Source of the DNA: Actinomycetota bacterium
GTDB taxonomy: Bacteria; Actinomycetota; Thermoleophilia; Gaiellales; Gaiellaceae
NCBI GenBank assembly: GCA_005885565.1
Contig: VAXK01000053.1
Span: 1 to 41,398, forward strand
Length of the DNA stretch: 41,398 bases
Direction: 5' to 3'
Under the pieces are notes generated by a model. That model did not search any database and was not told the DNA's origin. It saw nothing but the letters and a program-made list of their open reading frames with translations. Below, one piece after another: positions 32,880 through 41,398 of the stretch. The translations under genes were made by a program, and so were the position numbers. Position 1 is the stretch's first letter. The number at the start of each line of letters is the position of its first letter.

Positions 32880-34412
32880 ATGGCCGAAGAGCCTCCCGCC
32901 CTCGAGCTCAGGGGGATCACGAAGCGGTTCCCCGGCGTCCTCGCCAACGACCACGTCGACTTCGACCTGCGCCGGCGCGAGGTGCACGCGCTGCTCGGCG
33001 AGAACGGGGCGGGCAAGTCGACGCTCATGAACATCCTCTACGGCCTCTACCACCCGGACGAGGGCGAGATCCTGATGCGGGGCAAGCGCGTCGCGCTCGG
33101 CTCGCCGAAGGACGCGATCGCGCAGGGGATCGGCATGGTGCACCAGCACTTCATGCTCATCCCGGTCATGACCGTGGCGGAGAACATCGTGCTCGCCAGC
33201 GAGCCGACGACCGGCGGCGTCTTCCTCGACTACGACGCCGCGACGAAGCGGGTGGCCGACATGGCCCGGACGTTCAAGTTCGCGATCGACCCGCACGCGC
33301 GCGTCGAGAACATCAGCGTGGGCCAGCAGCAGCGGGTGGAGATCCTGAAGGCCCTCTATCGGAATGCCGACATCCTCATCCTCGACGAGCCCACCGCCGT
33401 CCTGACGCCGCAGGAGGCGCACGAGCTCTTCGAGATCCTGAACAACCTGAGGGGCGAGGGGCTGTCGATCATCTTCATCAGCCACAAGCTGAACGAGGTG
33501 CTCGAGATCGCCGACCGGATCACCGTCCTGCGGCGCGGCAAGAGGATCGACACATTGCCGCGCGAGGGAGCGACCGAGACCGAGCTCGCCCGCCTGATGG
33601 TGGGCCGCGAGGTGCTCCTGCGCGTCGACAAGGCGCCGGCGAACCCGGCCGAGCCGCTGCTCGCGGTCGAGGATCTCCACGTCCTCGACGACCGGGGGCT
33701 CGAAGCCGTCCGGGGCGTCTCGTTCGAGGTACGCGCGGGCGAGATCGTCGGCCTCGCCGGCGTGGACGGGAACGGGCAGACGGAGCTGATCGACGCCCTG
33801 GCCGGCCTCCGCCACCCGCTGTCGGGCCGGGTCGTCCTCGGCGGCGAGGACGTCACGCGGGCGGACGCTCGCGACATCCTCGATCGCGGCCTCGGCCACA
33901 TCCCCGAGGACCGCCAGCGCCGCGGCCTCGTCCTCGACTTCACGCTGGCCGAGAACCTGGGCCTGCACGACTACCGCAAGCAGCCCAACTCGCGCTTCGG
34001 GTGGCTCTTCCCGAACCGGCTCGTGCGCTGGGCGCGGCGCCTGCTGGAGCAGTTCGACGTCCGCGGCGGCGGGCCGCAGACCCGCGCCGCAGCGCTCTCG
34101 GGCGGCAACCAGCAGAAGGTCGTGCTCGCCCGCGAGATCGCCCGAGAGCCGAGCGTGCTCCTCGCCGCGCAGCCGACCCGCGGCCTCGACGTGGGCGCGA
34201 TCGAGTTCGTGCACCGCCGGCTCGTCGAGGCACGGGACGGCGGCAAGGGCGTGCTCCTCGTCTCGCTGGAGCTCGACGAGGTCCTCTCGCTCTCCGACCG
34301 CATCCTCGTCGTTTACGAGGGCCGCATCGTGCGCGAGTATCCGCCCGACGTGACCGAGGAGGAGCTCGGCATCGCGATGACGGGCGGCCACCGCGAGGAG
34401 GTGCCGGCCTGA
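32880..34412 (+). CDS. ABC transporter ATP-binding protein (tandem ATPase domains)
   Basis: 'GENGAGKSTL', 'VGQQQRVEILKAL', 'ILILDEPT', and second-domain 'LSGGNQQKVVLAREI'. 510 aa. Confidence 0.92.
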   Translation: MAEEPPALELRGITKRFPGVLANDHVDFDLRRREVHALLGENGAGKSTLMNILYGLYHPDEGEILMRGKRVALGSPKDAIAQGIGMVHQHFMLIPVMTVAENIVLASEPTTGGVFLDYDAATKRVADMARTFKFAIDPHARVENISVGQQQRVEILKALYRNADILILDEPTAVLTPQEAHELFEILNNLRGEGLSIIFISHKLNEVLEIADRITVLRRGKRIDTLPREGATETELARLMVGREVLLRVDKAPANPAEPLLAVEDLHVLDDRGLEAVRGVSFEVRAGEIVGLAGVDGNGQTELIDALAGLRHPLSGRVVLGGEDVTRADARDILDRGLGHIPEDRQRRGLVLDFTLAENLGLHDYRKQPNSRFGWLFPNRLVRWARRLLEQFDVRGGGPQTRAAALSGGNQQKVVLAREIAREPSVLLAAQPTRGLDVGAIEFVHRRLVEARDGGKGVLLVSLELDEVLSLSDRILVVYEGRIVREYPPDVTEEELGIAMTGGHREEVPA

Positions 34413-35653
34413 CCGACGCGCCGCATCCGCCGCCGAAGCCGGCCGACGCGATCCCGAGCGTCGCGGCGCGGCTCGCCTTCTACCAGCGCGCGAGCGGCAT
34501 CGTCACGCCGATCCTGACCGCCGCCGTCGCGTTCTTCATCGGCGGCCTCGTCGTCCTCGTCACGACGCACAAGAACCCGCTCAACACCTACCGGCAGATC
34601 TTCAACGGCACCGGCCTGAACTGGCTCTTCCCGTGGGTGCACGGCAGCCAGCCGGGCGGCGAGCGCTTCAACGCCGCCCTGAACCTGCAGCAGACGCTCA
34701 TCCTGACGGTGACGCTCGTCCTGACCGGGCTCGCGGTCGCATTCGCCTTCCGTTGCGGCCTCTTCAACATCGGCGGCCAGGGCCAGTACATCGTCGGCAG
34801 CCTCGTCGGCGTGCAGATGGGCGTCTGGTTCGCCTCCATGTCGCCGGTGCCGCACGTGCTCCTCGCGGTCGCCGCCGCGTCGTTCGCCGGCGCCGTGTGG
34901 GGTGGCATCGCCGGGTTCCTGCGCGCGACCGTGGGGGCCCACGAGGTGATCACGACGATCATGCTCAACTGGACGGCGCTCTGGATCGGGAGCTATCTCG
35001 TCGGATTCGGCGGCCCGCTCCAGGACCCGAAGGCCGGCGCGGTGCCGGTCACGAAGGAGGTGTCGCAGGGCGCCAAGCTGCACGTCTTCTGGGGAAGCGC
35101 GGTGCTCCAGGGCCTCCACATCGGCTTCTTCGTCGCCCTCGCCGCGCTCGTCGTCTACTGGCTCGTCCTGAGCCGGACGACGCTCGGCTTCGAGGTGCGC
35201 GCCGTCGGCTTCAACGCCGAGGCGGCCCGCTACGGCGGCATCAGCGTGGCCCGCAACTACTTCGTCGCCATGGCGATCTCCGGTCTCTTCGCCGGGCTCG
35301 CCGGCGCCCTCGACGTCCTCGGCTGGCAGTTCCGGCTCGACCTCACCGGGATCCAGATCGCTTCCCAGATCGCCTTCATGGGGATCGCCGTCGCCCTGCT
35401 CGGCCGCAACACGCCGATCGGCGTCTTCCTGGCCGCCGTCCTCTTCGCCGCGTTGATCAACGGGACCTCGACGCGCAACCTCGACCCGTCCGTCTTCAGG
35501 CCGGAGCTGGCCGGAAACCTCACGCGCATCATCCAGGGCCTCGTCGTGCTCTTCGTCGGCGCCGACCTGCTGATCATCTACCTGTGGCAGCTGCGCCGGA
35601 AGCTGCGCCTCGGGCGTACGAAGGCGCTGCCGCAGGAGGTGCCCCAGGCGTGA
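34409..35653 (+). CDS. ABC transporter permease (BMP system), probable CTG start
   Basis: Polytopic membrane protein. No in-frame ATG/GTG/TTG lies near the N-terminus. CTG 34409 sits in a CTGA overlap with the ATPase stop, 7 nt after GAGGAGG. Confidence 0.8.
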   Translation: MTDAPHPPPKPADAIPSVAARLAFYQRASGIVTPILTAAVAFFIGGLVVLVTTHKNPLNTYRQIFNGTGLNWLFPWVHGSQPGGERFNAALNLQQTLILTVTLVLTGLAVAFAFRCGLFNIGGQGQYIVGSLVGVQMGVWFASMSPVPHVLLAVAAASFAGAVWGGIAGFLRATVGAHEVITTIMLNWTALWIGSYLVGFGGPLQDPKAGAVPVTKEVSQGAKLHVFWGSAVLQGLHIGFFVALAALVVYWLVLSRTTLGFEVRAVGFNAEAARYGGISVARNYFVAMAISGLFAGLAGALDVLGWQFRLDLTGIQIASQIAFMGIAVALLGRNTPIGVFLAAVLFAALINGTSTRNLDPSVFRPELAGNLTRIIQGLVVLFVGADLLIIYLWQLRRKLRLGRTKALPQEVPQA

Positions 35654-36885
35654 TCGCGAGGGCCGACACCGTCCTCGAGCTCGGCCGCGCGCGGATCGCG
35701 AGCCCGCGAGCCGCGGCCGTCCTCGGGATCTTCCTGGGCCTCTTCGCCTTCTGGCTCGCGCTCCCGCCCGTCGCGGCGCGGTCGGTCGTCGTTCCGGTCG
35801 TCGTCGGCGTCGTGGCCGTCGCCGTCGGCGTGTGGGTCGTGAGCCGCGGCGACCTGCGGCCGGGGTGGGGCGCCGTCGCCGCGGGAATCGTCGGCATTCT
35901 CGGCGGCGCCTTCGCCACGCGCGCCGCCACCTCCCATCTCGACGCCGTCATTACCTGGTCGGCGCTCGTGGCGGCGACGCTCCGGTTCGCGACGCCGCTC
36001 ACGTTCGCCGCCATCGGCGGGATGTTCTCGGAGCGAAGCGGCGTCGTGAACATCGGCCTCGAGGGGATGATGCTGATGGGCGCGTTCTTCGGCGCCTGGG
36101 GCGCCGACGTGACGAACAGCTGGATCGGTGGAGTGTTGATCGGGATGGGCTTCGGAGCCGCGCTGGCCCTCGTGCACGCCATCTTCTCGATCCACCTGCG
36201 CGCCGACCAGATCGTGAGCGGCACGGCCGTGAACTTCCTCGCGCTCGGGATCACCGGCTACTTCTTCGTCGACATCTACGGCAACAACGGCACGCCGGAC
36301 AACCTGGCGGGCATCCCCGACGTGCACCTGAGCTTCCTCGGGCACGTCCCTCCGCACGGGCTCGGCTCTTTCCTCGGCGACTCGTTCGGCCAGCTCAACT
36401 TCATGGTCTGGCTGAGCCTTGCCCTGCTCGTCCTCTCGTACGTCGTCATGTTCAAGACGCCGCTCGGCCTCCGTATCCGGTCGGTCGGCGAGCACCCGCG
36501 CGCGGCCGACACGGTGGGCGTCTCGGTCTATGGGATCCGCTACGCGTGCGTGACCGCCTCGGGGGCGCTCGCCGCGCTGGGAGGCGTCTTCCTCTCGATC
36601 GGCTTCGTCCACTCCTTCAGCGAGAACATGACCGCCGGCCGCGGGTTCATCGCCCTCGCGGCGCTGATCTTCGGCCGGTGGCGGCCGTTCGGCGCCTTCG
36701 GCGCCGCGCTCCTGTTCGGCTTCGCGAGCGCCGTCGCTCCCCGGCTCGAGAACGTCGAAGGCTGGGCGAACTACGGCACCCTCTTCCAGGCCTTGCCCTA
36801 CGTCCTGACGCTGATCGCCGTCGCGGGCGTCATCGGCCGCTCGATCCCGCCCGCCGCTGTTGGCCGCCCCTACGCGAAGCAGTAA
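35650..36885 (+). CDS. ABC transporter permease (BMP system)
   Basis: GTGA overlap with the previous permease. Polytopic, with 'GGMFSERSGVVNIGLEGMMLMGAF', typical of this permease family. Confidence 0.88.
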   Translation: MIARADTVLELGRARIASPRAAAVLGIFLGLFAFWLALPPVAARSVVVPVVVGVVAVAVGVWVVSRGDLRPGWGAVAAGIVGILGGAFATRAATSHLDAVITWSALVAATLRFATPLTFAAIGGMFSERSGVVNIGLEGMMLMGAFFGAWGADVTNSWIGGVLIGMGFGAALALVHAIFSIHLRADQIVSGTAVNFLALGITGYFFVDIYGNNGTPDNLAGIPDVHLSFLGHVPPHGLGSFLGDSFGQLNFMVWLSLALLVLSYVVMFKTPLGLRIRSVGEHPRAADTVGVSVYGIRYACVTASGALAALGGVFLSIGFVHSFSENMTAGRGFIALAALIFGRWRPFGAFGAALLFGFASAVAPRLENVEGWANYGTLFQALPYVLTLIAVAGVIGRSIPPAAVGRPYAKQ

Positions 36886-37201
36886 CCCGGCCGCGACCGC
36901 CGCGCTCGCCGCGGGCCTTCTGGCCGTCGCCGCGCTCCCGGCCGCGGTCGCGCTCGCGCAGCTCTCGGCGCGCGTGAGGCTCGTCCAGGCGGCAGCGGGA
37001 GCTCCGGTCGCCGCGCTCCTCGGCGTGGCCGCGCTCGTCCTGGCGCGCCGTGCCCGCCGCCTGTCGGAGCGAACCCTCGGCCGCGCGGGCGGCGAGGGGG
37101 CCGCGCGGGCCGGCCGGATCCTCGGCGTGCTCGGCCTCTGCCTCGCGGCGTCGGGCGCCATCGCGATCGGCTTCTACGGGCTCCTCGTTCACTACCAGTA
37201 G
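36860..37201 (+). CDS. Small hydrophobic membrane protein (hypothetical)
   Basis: TTG start overlaps the permease end by 26 nt. Three predicted TM segments and G/C-ending codons. No family recognised. An internal GTG is an alternative start. Confidence 0.45.
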   Translation: MAAPTRSSNPAATAALAAGLLAVAALPAAVALAQLSARVRLVQAAAGAPVAALLGVAALVLARRARRLSERTLGRAGGEGAARAGRILGVLGLCLAASGAIAIGFYGLLVHYQ

Positions 37202-37204
37202 GGA

Positions 37205-37275
37205 GGCGCCGCTTGCGGTGCCGACTTCAGGAAGCTCGGGCTGTGCCCGTGCGTCCGTCTGAAATGACCGGTCGA
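37205..37275 (-). repeat. Intergenic structured repeat, copy 4 (reverse orientation)
   Basis: ggcgccgcttgcggtgcc hairpin, then hairpin ggaagctcgggc-tgt-gcccgtgcgtcc, then core ccgtctgaaatgaccggtcga. Confidence 0.75.
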
Positions 37276-37316
37276 GCGGCCTTCCAGGTCCACTACCGGT
37301 ACGAAGCGAGTCCACC

Positions 37317-37334
37317 TAGAATCGAGCGGCTGTG
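37317..37334 (+). promoter_or_regulatory. Candidate -10 (TAGAAT) 9 nt upstream of the rodZ-like GTG
   Basis: TAGAAT is at 37317-37322 and GTG at 37332. No clear SD, which implies a very short or absent leader. Confidence 0.4.
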
Positions 37335-38048
37335 TTCGAGATCGGCAACAGCCTCCGCGAGGCGCGCCTGCGCCAGCAACTCGACTTCCCGGAGCTCGAG
37401 CAGGCGACGAAGATCCGCTCCCGCTACCTGCGTGCGCTCGAGGAGGAGCAGTTCGACACGCTCCCCGCGGAGACGTACGTCAAGGGGTTCCTGCGCGCCT
37501 ACGCGGAGTACCTGGGCCTCGACGGGCAGCTCTATGTCGACGAGTACAACTCGCGCTACGTCGTGGGCGAGGACGAGCCGGTCGCGCGTCCCCGCCGGTC
37601 GACGGCGGGCCGGACGGAGCGGCACGTCGACTCGCGCGTCGTCGTGCTCACCGTCGGCGGGATCGTCGCCGTCGTCGCGCTCTTCATCCTCGCGTGGAAG
37701 TTCGGCGGCTCGCACAACGGGCACATCGCGAACCTCGACAACTCGAAGCCGCCCGCGACGAAGAAGCATCGCGCCGTGCCGGTCTCGGCGCATCTCGTCC
37801 TGAAGGCCGTCGGCGGCGGGTGCCGCCTCGAGGTGTACCGGAACTCCGCGAGCGGCAAGCTGCTCTGGGCGGGAACGCTCGAGCCGGGCAAGCAGGCGAT
37901 CTCGCTGTGGGGGAAGCGCATGTGGGTGCGCGCCGGCGCTCCGCGCCACCTCACGGTGACCCTGAACGGGCAGCGGCGCGTCTTCCCGACCGGCCGGGCG
38001 GTGATCGTGACTGTTCGCGGCTTCAAGCGCGTCCGCGCCGCCGCTTGA
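37332..38048 (+). CDS. rodZ: RodZ-like helix-turn-helix membrane protein (HTH plus DUF4115-like C-terminus)
   Basis: 'IGNSLREARLRQQLDFPELEQATKIRSRYLRALEEEQFDTLPAETYVKGFLRAYAEYLGLD', a single TM 'VVVLTVGGIVAVVALFILAW', and a C-terminal beta domain. Confidence 0.8.
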   Translation: MFEIGNSLREARLRQQLDFPELEQATKIRSRYLRALEEEQFDTLPAETYVKGFLRAYAEYLGLDGQLYVDEYNSRYVVGEDEPVARPRRSTAGRTERHVDSRVVVLTVGGIVAVVALFILAWKFGGSHNGHIANLDNSKPPATKKHRAVPVSAHLVLKAVGGGCRLEVYRNSASGKLLWAGTLEPGKQAISLWGKRMWVRAGAPRHLTVTLNGQRRVFPTGRAVIVTVRGFKRVRAAA

Positions 38049-39322
38049 CGCGCGCAGGCAGGCCGCGAGCGGCGTTCGTCGTCACGGGCAGCGAGCTCGT
38101 CCGCGGTGAGCGCACGGACCGGAACGGCCCGTTCCTCGCGCGAGAGGCGCTTCGCCTCGGGCTCGAGCCGGCGCGCATCGTCGTCGTCGGCGACCGTCCG
38201 GAGGAGCTCGAGGAGGCGCTCCGCGACGGGCTCCGTGCCGATCTCTGCGTCGTCTCCGGCGGCCTAGGCCCGACGCACGACGACCGGACGATCGAGCTCC
38301 TCGCGCGCGCGACCGGCCGCGAGCTCGTGCTCGACGAGGCGCTCGAGCGCGAGATCGGCGAGGTCTCGCGCGCCATCGCGGAGCGGCTGCACCGGCCGTA
38401 CGCCGACTTCCAGCCGGGGGTGCGGAAGCAGGCCACGCTTCCGGCCGGGGCGACGTCGCTCGGTCTCGCGGGGACGGCGCCGGGGGTCGTGCTGGAGGTG
38501 GACGGCGTGGTGGTGGCGCTGCCGGGCCCGCCGAGGGAGCTCCAGCGGCTGTGGGCGCGGGCGCTCGAGGCGGAGCCGCTGCGGCGACTCCTCGAGCGGG
38601 CACGGCCGCCGGGGCGCCGCGTGCTCCGCTTCTACGGCGCGAGCGAATCGGCGGTCGCACTCGCGTTCGACGAGGCCGGCGGCGAGGGGGAGGGGGTGGA
38701 CGCGACGGTCTGCGCGCGCGACTTCGAGGTGCACGTCGACCTCGTCGTCGACGAGGGCGGCGAGGGGCGGGCGCAGGCGCTGGCGGCAGCGCTTCGGGGG
38801 CGGTTGGCCCCGCACCTCTTCGCCGAGGACGAGCGCCCCGTCGAGGAGCTCGTGCTGGCACTCTGCCGCGCGCGGGGCCTCTCGCTTGCGACGGCGGAGT
38901 CGTGCACCGGCGGGCTCGTCGCCGCGCGGCTCACCTCGGTTCCCGGCTCGAGCGACGTCTTCCGCGGCGCGATCGTCTCCTACGCAGACGAGGTCAAGGA
39001 GCGCGAGCTCGGCGTGCCGGCGGAGATCCTCGCCCGGCACGGGGCCGTGTCGGCGGAGACGGCGCAGGCGATGACGCGCGGCGCGCGCGAGCGGCTGGGG
39101 GTCGACGTCGCGGTGTCCGTGACCGGCGTCGCAGGGCCGGCCGGCGGCACGCCCGACAAGCCGGTCGGGCTCGTCTACCTGCACGCCGCAGGCCCCGACG
39201 GCGAGCTCGCGGCCGACTTCAACCTGCCGGCCGACCGCGAGACGATCCGCCGCCGGGCGACGGTCTCCGCCCTCCACCTCGTACGGCGTCTTCTGGCACA
39301 GGACCGGCACGAACGCGTGTGA
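38045..39322 (+). CDS. cinA: CinA family protein (MoCF-like N-domain plus PncC NMN deamidase domain)
   Basis: TTGA overlap with the upstream stop. 'FVVTGSELVRGERTDRNGPFLA', 'SGGLGPTHDD' and C-terminal 'AESCTGGLVAARLTSVPGSSDVFRGAIVSYADEVK'. Confidence 0.9.
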   Translation: MTRAGRPRAAFVVTGSELVRGERTDRNGPFLAREALRLGLEPARIVVVGDRPEELEEALRDGLRADLCVVSGGLGPTHDDRTIELLARATGRELVLDEALEREIGEVSRAIAERLHRPYADFQPGVRKQATLPAGATSLGLAGTAPGVVLEVDGVVVALPGPPRELQRLWARALEAEPLRRLLERARPPGRRVLRFYGASESAVALAFDEAGGEGEGVDATVCARDFEVHVDLVVDEGGEGRAQALAAALRGRLAPHLFAEDERPVEELVLALCRARGLSLATAESCTGGLVAARLTSVPGSSDVFRGAIVSYADEVKERELGVPAEILARHGAVSAETAQAMTRGARERLGVDVAVSVTGVAGPAGGTPDKPVGLVYLHAAGPDGELAADFNLPADRETIRRRATVSALHLVRRLLAQDRHERV

Positions 39323-39882
39323 ATTCGACCGGTAGCGTTGGGAGCGATGCGTCGATCAGGCTCTTCTGCGCCCTGCGGCTTCCCGACGACGTTCTCGACG
39401 GCCTCGTCGCCTGGGGCGTCCGCGCGCTTCCGGAGCGGGGAGGCGTTCGCCGGGTCGTCCGAGCCAACCTCCACGTCACGCTTGCTTTCCTGGGCCGCCG
39501 TCCTGCCCGCGACGTCCCCGCCGTCGCCGGTGAGCTTCGGGAGGCCGCCGCGGCCGCCCGGCCCGCTCGGTTCGCCGTCGCCCGCTACCGCGAGACGCGG
39601 AGTGTCGGCATGCTCGTCCTCGACGACGAGGACGGCCGCTCGACCGCGCTCGCCGACGACCTCCACAGGCGGCTCGAGCGGCTGGGCGTGTACGAGCGCG
39701 AACGCCGTCCGTGGCTCCCGCACCTCACCGTCGTCCGGTTCCGCGAGCGCCCGCGGCTCGCCCCGCCTCTGCCCGCGCTCGGCGCGTTCGGTCCGTCCGA
39801 CGCTGCTCTCTATCATTCGGTGCTGCGGTCCACGGGGGCGCAGTACGAAGTTCTCGAAACCTTTGCCCTAGGAGGTACCTGA
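39319..39882 (+). CDS. thpR: RNA 2',3'-cyclic phosphodiesterase (ThpR/LigT, 2H family)
   Basis: GTGA overlap with the cinA stop. Two HxT motifs, 'LHVTLAFLG' and 'PHLTVVRF'. Confidence 0.85.
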   Translation: MNSTGSVGSDASIRLFCALRLPDDVLDGLVAWGVRALPERGGVRRVVRANLHVTLAFLGRRPARDVPAVAGELREAAAAARPARFAVARYRETRSVGMLVLDDEDGRSTALADDLHRRLERLGVYERERRPWLPHLTVVRFRERPRLAPPLPALGAFGPSDAALYHSVLRSTGAQYEVLETFALGGT

Positions 39883-39883
39883 G

Positions 39884-40963
39884 GTGGATCGCGAGCAAGC
39901 TCTCGACGTCGCCCTCGGCCAGATCGAGCGGCAGTTCGGCAAGGGGTCGGTGATGCGGATGAGCGACCAAGCCGCCGTCGCTGTCGGCGCCGTCTCGACC
40001 GGCTCGCTGGCGCTCGACCTCGCGCTCGGGATCGGCGGCCTGCCGCGAGGCCGCATCGTGGAGGTCTTCGGTCCGGAGGCGTCGGGGAAGACGACGCTCG
40101 TCTACCACGCGATCGCCGAGGCGCAGCGGCGGGGCGGGATCTGTGCCTTCGTCGACGCCGAGCACTCGATGGATCCGCAGTACGCGCGCCGCATCGGCGT
40201 CGACATCGACCAGCTGCTCGTCTCCCAGCCGGACACGGGCGAGCAGGCGCTCGAGATCGTCGAGCTCCTGATCCGAAGCGGCGCGCTCGACATCGTCGCG
40301 ATCGACTCGGTCGCGGCGCTCGTCCCGAAGGCCGAGATCGAGGGCGAGATGGGCGACAGCCACGTCGGCCTCCAGGCGCGCCTGATGAGCCAGGCCCTGC
40401 GCAAGCTCGCCGGCACGCTGAACCGGACCGAGACGATCTGCATCTTCACGAACCAGCTCCGGGAAAAGATCGGCGTCATGTTCGGGAACCCGGAGACGAC
40501 GCCCGGCGGTCGCGCCCTGAAGTTCTACTCGTCCGTCCGCCTCGACATCCGCCGGATCGAGACGTTGAAGGAGGGCGTGGAGGCGATCGGCAACCGCGTG
40601 CGCGTGAAGGTGGTGAAGAACAAGGTCGCGCCGCCGTTCAAGCAGGCCGAGTTCGACATCATCTACGGCTCGGGGATCTCCTGGGAGGGCACCGTCCTCG
40701 ACGCGGCGCTCGAGCGGAAGATCGTCCAGAAGTCGGGCTCGTACTTCAGCTTCGAGGACGAGCGGCTCGGCCAGGGCCGGCAGAACGCGACCGCGTTCCT
40801 GCGCGAGCACCCCGACGTGACGAACCAGATCCTCACGCGCGTCCAGGCGACGGTCGGGCCCGAGCAGGTCGCCTCTGCCCGGCTCCTGCCCGCCGCGTCC
40901 GCCGCGGCCACCGTGGGCCGGCCCGCGGCGAAGGAGGAGCGCGAGGAGGTCGCGACGAGTTAG
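39884..40963 (+). CDS. recA: Recombinase RecA
   Basis: '[21 protein letters not shown]', '[10 protein letters not shown]', '[14 protein letters not shown]' and '[37 protein letters not shown]'. Confidence 0.97.
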   Translation: MDREQALDVALGQIERQFGKGSVMRMSDQAAVAVGAVSTGSLALDLALGIGGLPRGRIVEVFGPEASGKTTLVYHAIAEAQRRGGICAFVDAEHSMDPQYARRIGVDIDQLLVSQPDTGEQALEIVELLIRSGALDIVAIDSVAALVPKAEIEGEMGDSHVGLQARLMSQALRKLAGTLNRTETICIFTNQLREKIGVMFGNPETTPGGRALKFYSSVRLDIRRIETLKEGVEAIGNRVRVKVVKNKVAPPFKQAEFDIIYGSGISWEGTVLDAALERKIVQKSGSYFSFEDERLGQGRQNATAFLREHPDVTNQILTRVQATVGPEQVASARLLPAASAAATVGRPAAKEEREEVATS

Positions 40964-40972
40964 GAGCTCGAT

Positions 40973-41398
40973 TTGCCACGCATAACGGCGCTCAGGGGCG
41001 AGCGAGAAGACCGCGTCGCGGTCGAGCTGGACGGTGCGGCCTGGCGGGTGCTCCCGCTCGAGGTGGTCGCACGGGCCGCACTCCGAGTCGATGCCGAGTT
41101 GGATCGCGCCCGCGCCCGGACGGTCCGTCGCGAGCTGCGGCGACACGAGGCGCTCGCAGCTTCCGCGGGTGCGCTCCGCCACCGCGATCTGTCGACCGAG
41201 CGGCTGGAGCAGCGACTTGAGCGGCGCGCTGTTCCACCGGCCGAGCGGGCGCGGGCGGTCGAGACGCTCACGCGGGCGGGCCTCCTCGACGACGGTCGCT
41301 TCGCGCGCGGCCGCGCTCGCGCCCTCGCGGCGCGCGGCTACGGCGACGCGGCGATCCGCTTCGACCTCGAGCGGCAGGGCGTCGACGCCGAGCTCGCG
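40973..41398 (+). CDS. recX: Recombination regulator RecX (3' end cut by window edge)
   Basis: TTG 40973 follows AGGAG, and the frame stays open to the window end. 'RALAARGYGDAAIRFDLERQGVD' is typical RecX repeat sequence, and the gene follows recA. Confidence 0.8.
   Translation, partial: MPRITALRGEREDRVAVELDGAAWRVLPLEVVARAALRVDAELDRARARTVRRELRRHEALAASAGALRHRDLSTERLEQRLERRAVPPAERARAVETLTRAGLLDDGRFARGRARALAARGYGDAAIRFDLERQGVDAELA

Noticed and set aside
37321-37340. A possible LexA/Cheo-type SOS box (tcGAGCggctgtGTTCga) at the start of the rodZ-cinA-recA unit.
   Set aside because: The half-sites are separated by 6 nt rather than 4, and the first half is GAGC rather than GAAC. It overlaps the start codon and is most simply coding or chance sequence.
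39338-39871. An alternative-frame 177-aa ORF overlapping thpR.
   Set aside because: The other frame (39319-39882) carries both HxT motifs of the 2H phosphoesterase family and a GTGA coupling to cinA. The 39338 frame is Ser/Pro/Arg-rich shadow sequence.
1-41398. Search for tRNA, rRNA or tmRNA genes, CRISPR arrays, transposase or integrase genes, toxin-antitoxin pairs and known defence systems.
   Set aside because: I saw no T-loop/acceptor-like signatures, no regularly spaced direct repeats, and no ORF with transposase, integrase, nuclease-helicase or TA-like sequence. Scanning by eye cannot exclude small or divergent elements.

Overview
High-G+C (roughly 70%) actinobacterial-type chromosomal core segment. 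Almost every real gene is on the + strand, and many are translationally coupled through ATGA/GTGA/TTGA overlaps. Gene order: moxR-like ATPase (5' partial), DUF58, transglutaminase-like protein (frame break), NTP-transferase, TPR; dtd; rimP-nusA-ylxR-infB; DUF503-rbfA-nrnA; truB-ribF; small zinc-ribbon ORF; ggt-like (-); rpsO-pnp; two secreted proteins of unknown function (-); GAF-GAF-GGDEF, M16 peptidase, dapB; TIGR03118-like secreted propeller (-); dapA-rnj-hypothetical-rbsK-nucleoside hydrolase; orphan 3-TM protein (-); ftsK; BMP-family ABC transporter (SBP, ATPase, two permeases) plus a small membrane protein; rodZ-like HTH, cinA, thpR, recA, recX (3' partial). I found no tRNA, rRNA, CRISPR array, transposase or recognisable defence or toxin system. 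The points most worth a second look are: (1) a structured intergenic repeat family with four loci, all directly 3' of + strand genes; (2) a coupled pair of secreted unknown proteins (one with 8 Cys and about 15% Tyr) behind a near-consensus promoter, placed between pnp and the GGDEF/M16/dapB genes; (3) a 244-nt untranslated region ending in a canonical terminator just before rimP; (4) a frame break in the transglutaminase gene; (5) two genes whose only plausible start is CTG behind a strong SD; (6) several likely leaderless starts. The many very long Arg/Ala/Pro-rich ORFs in other frames are high-GC shadow ORFs.
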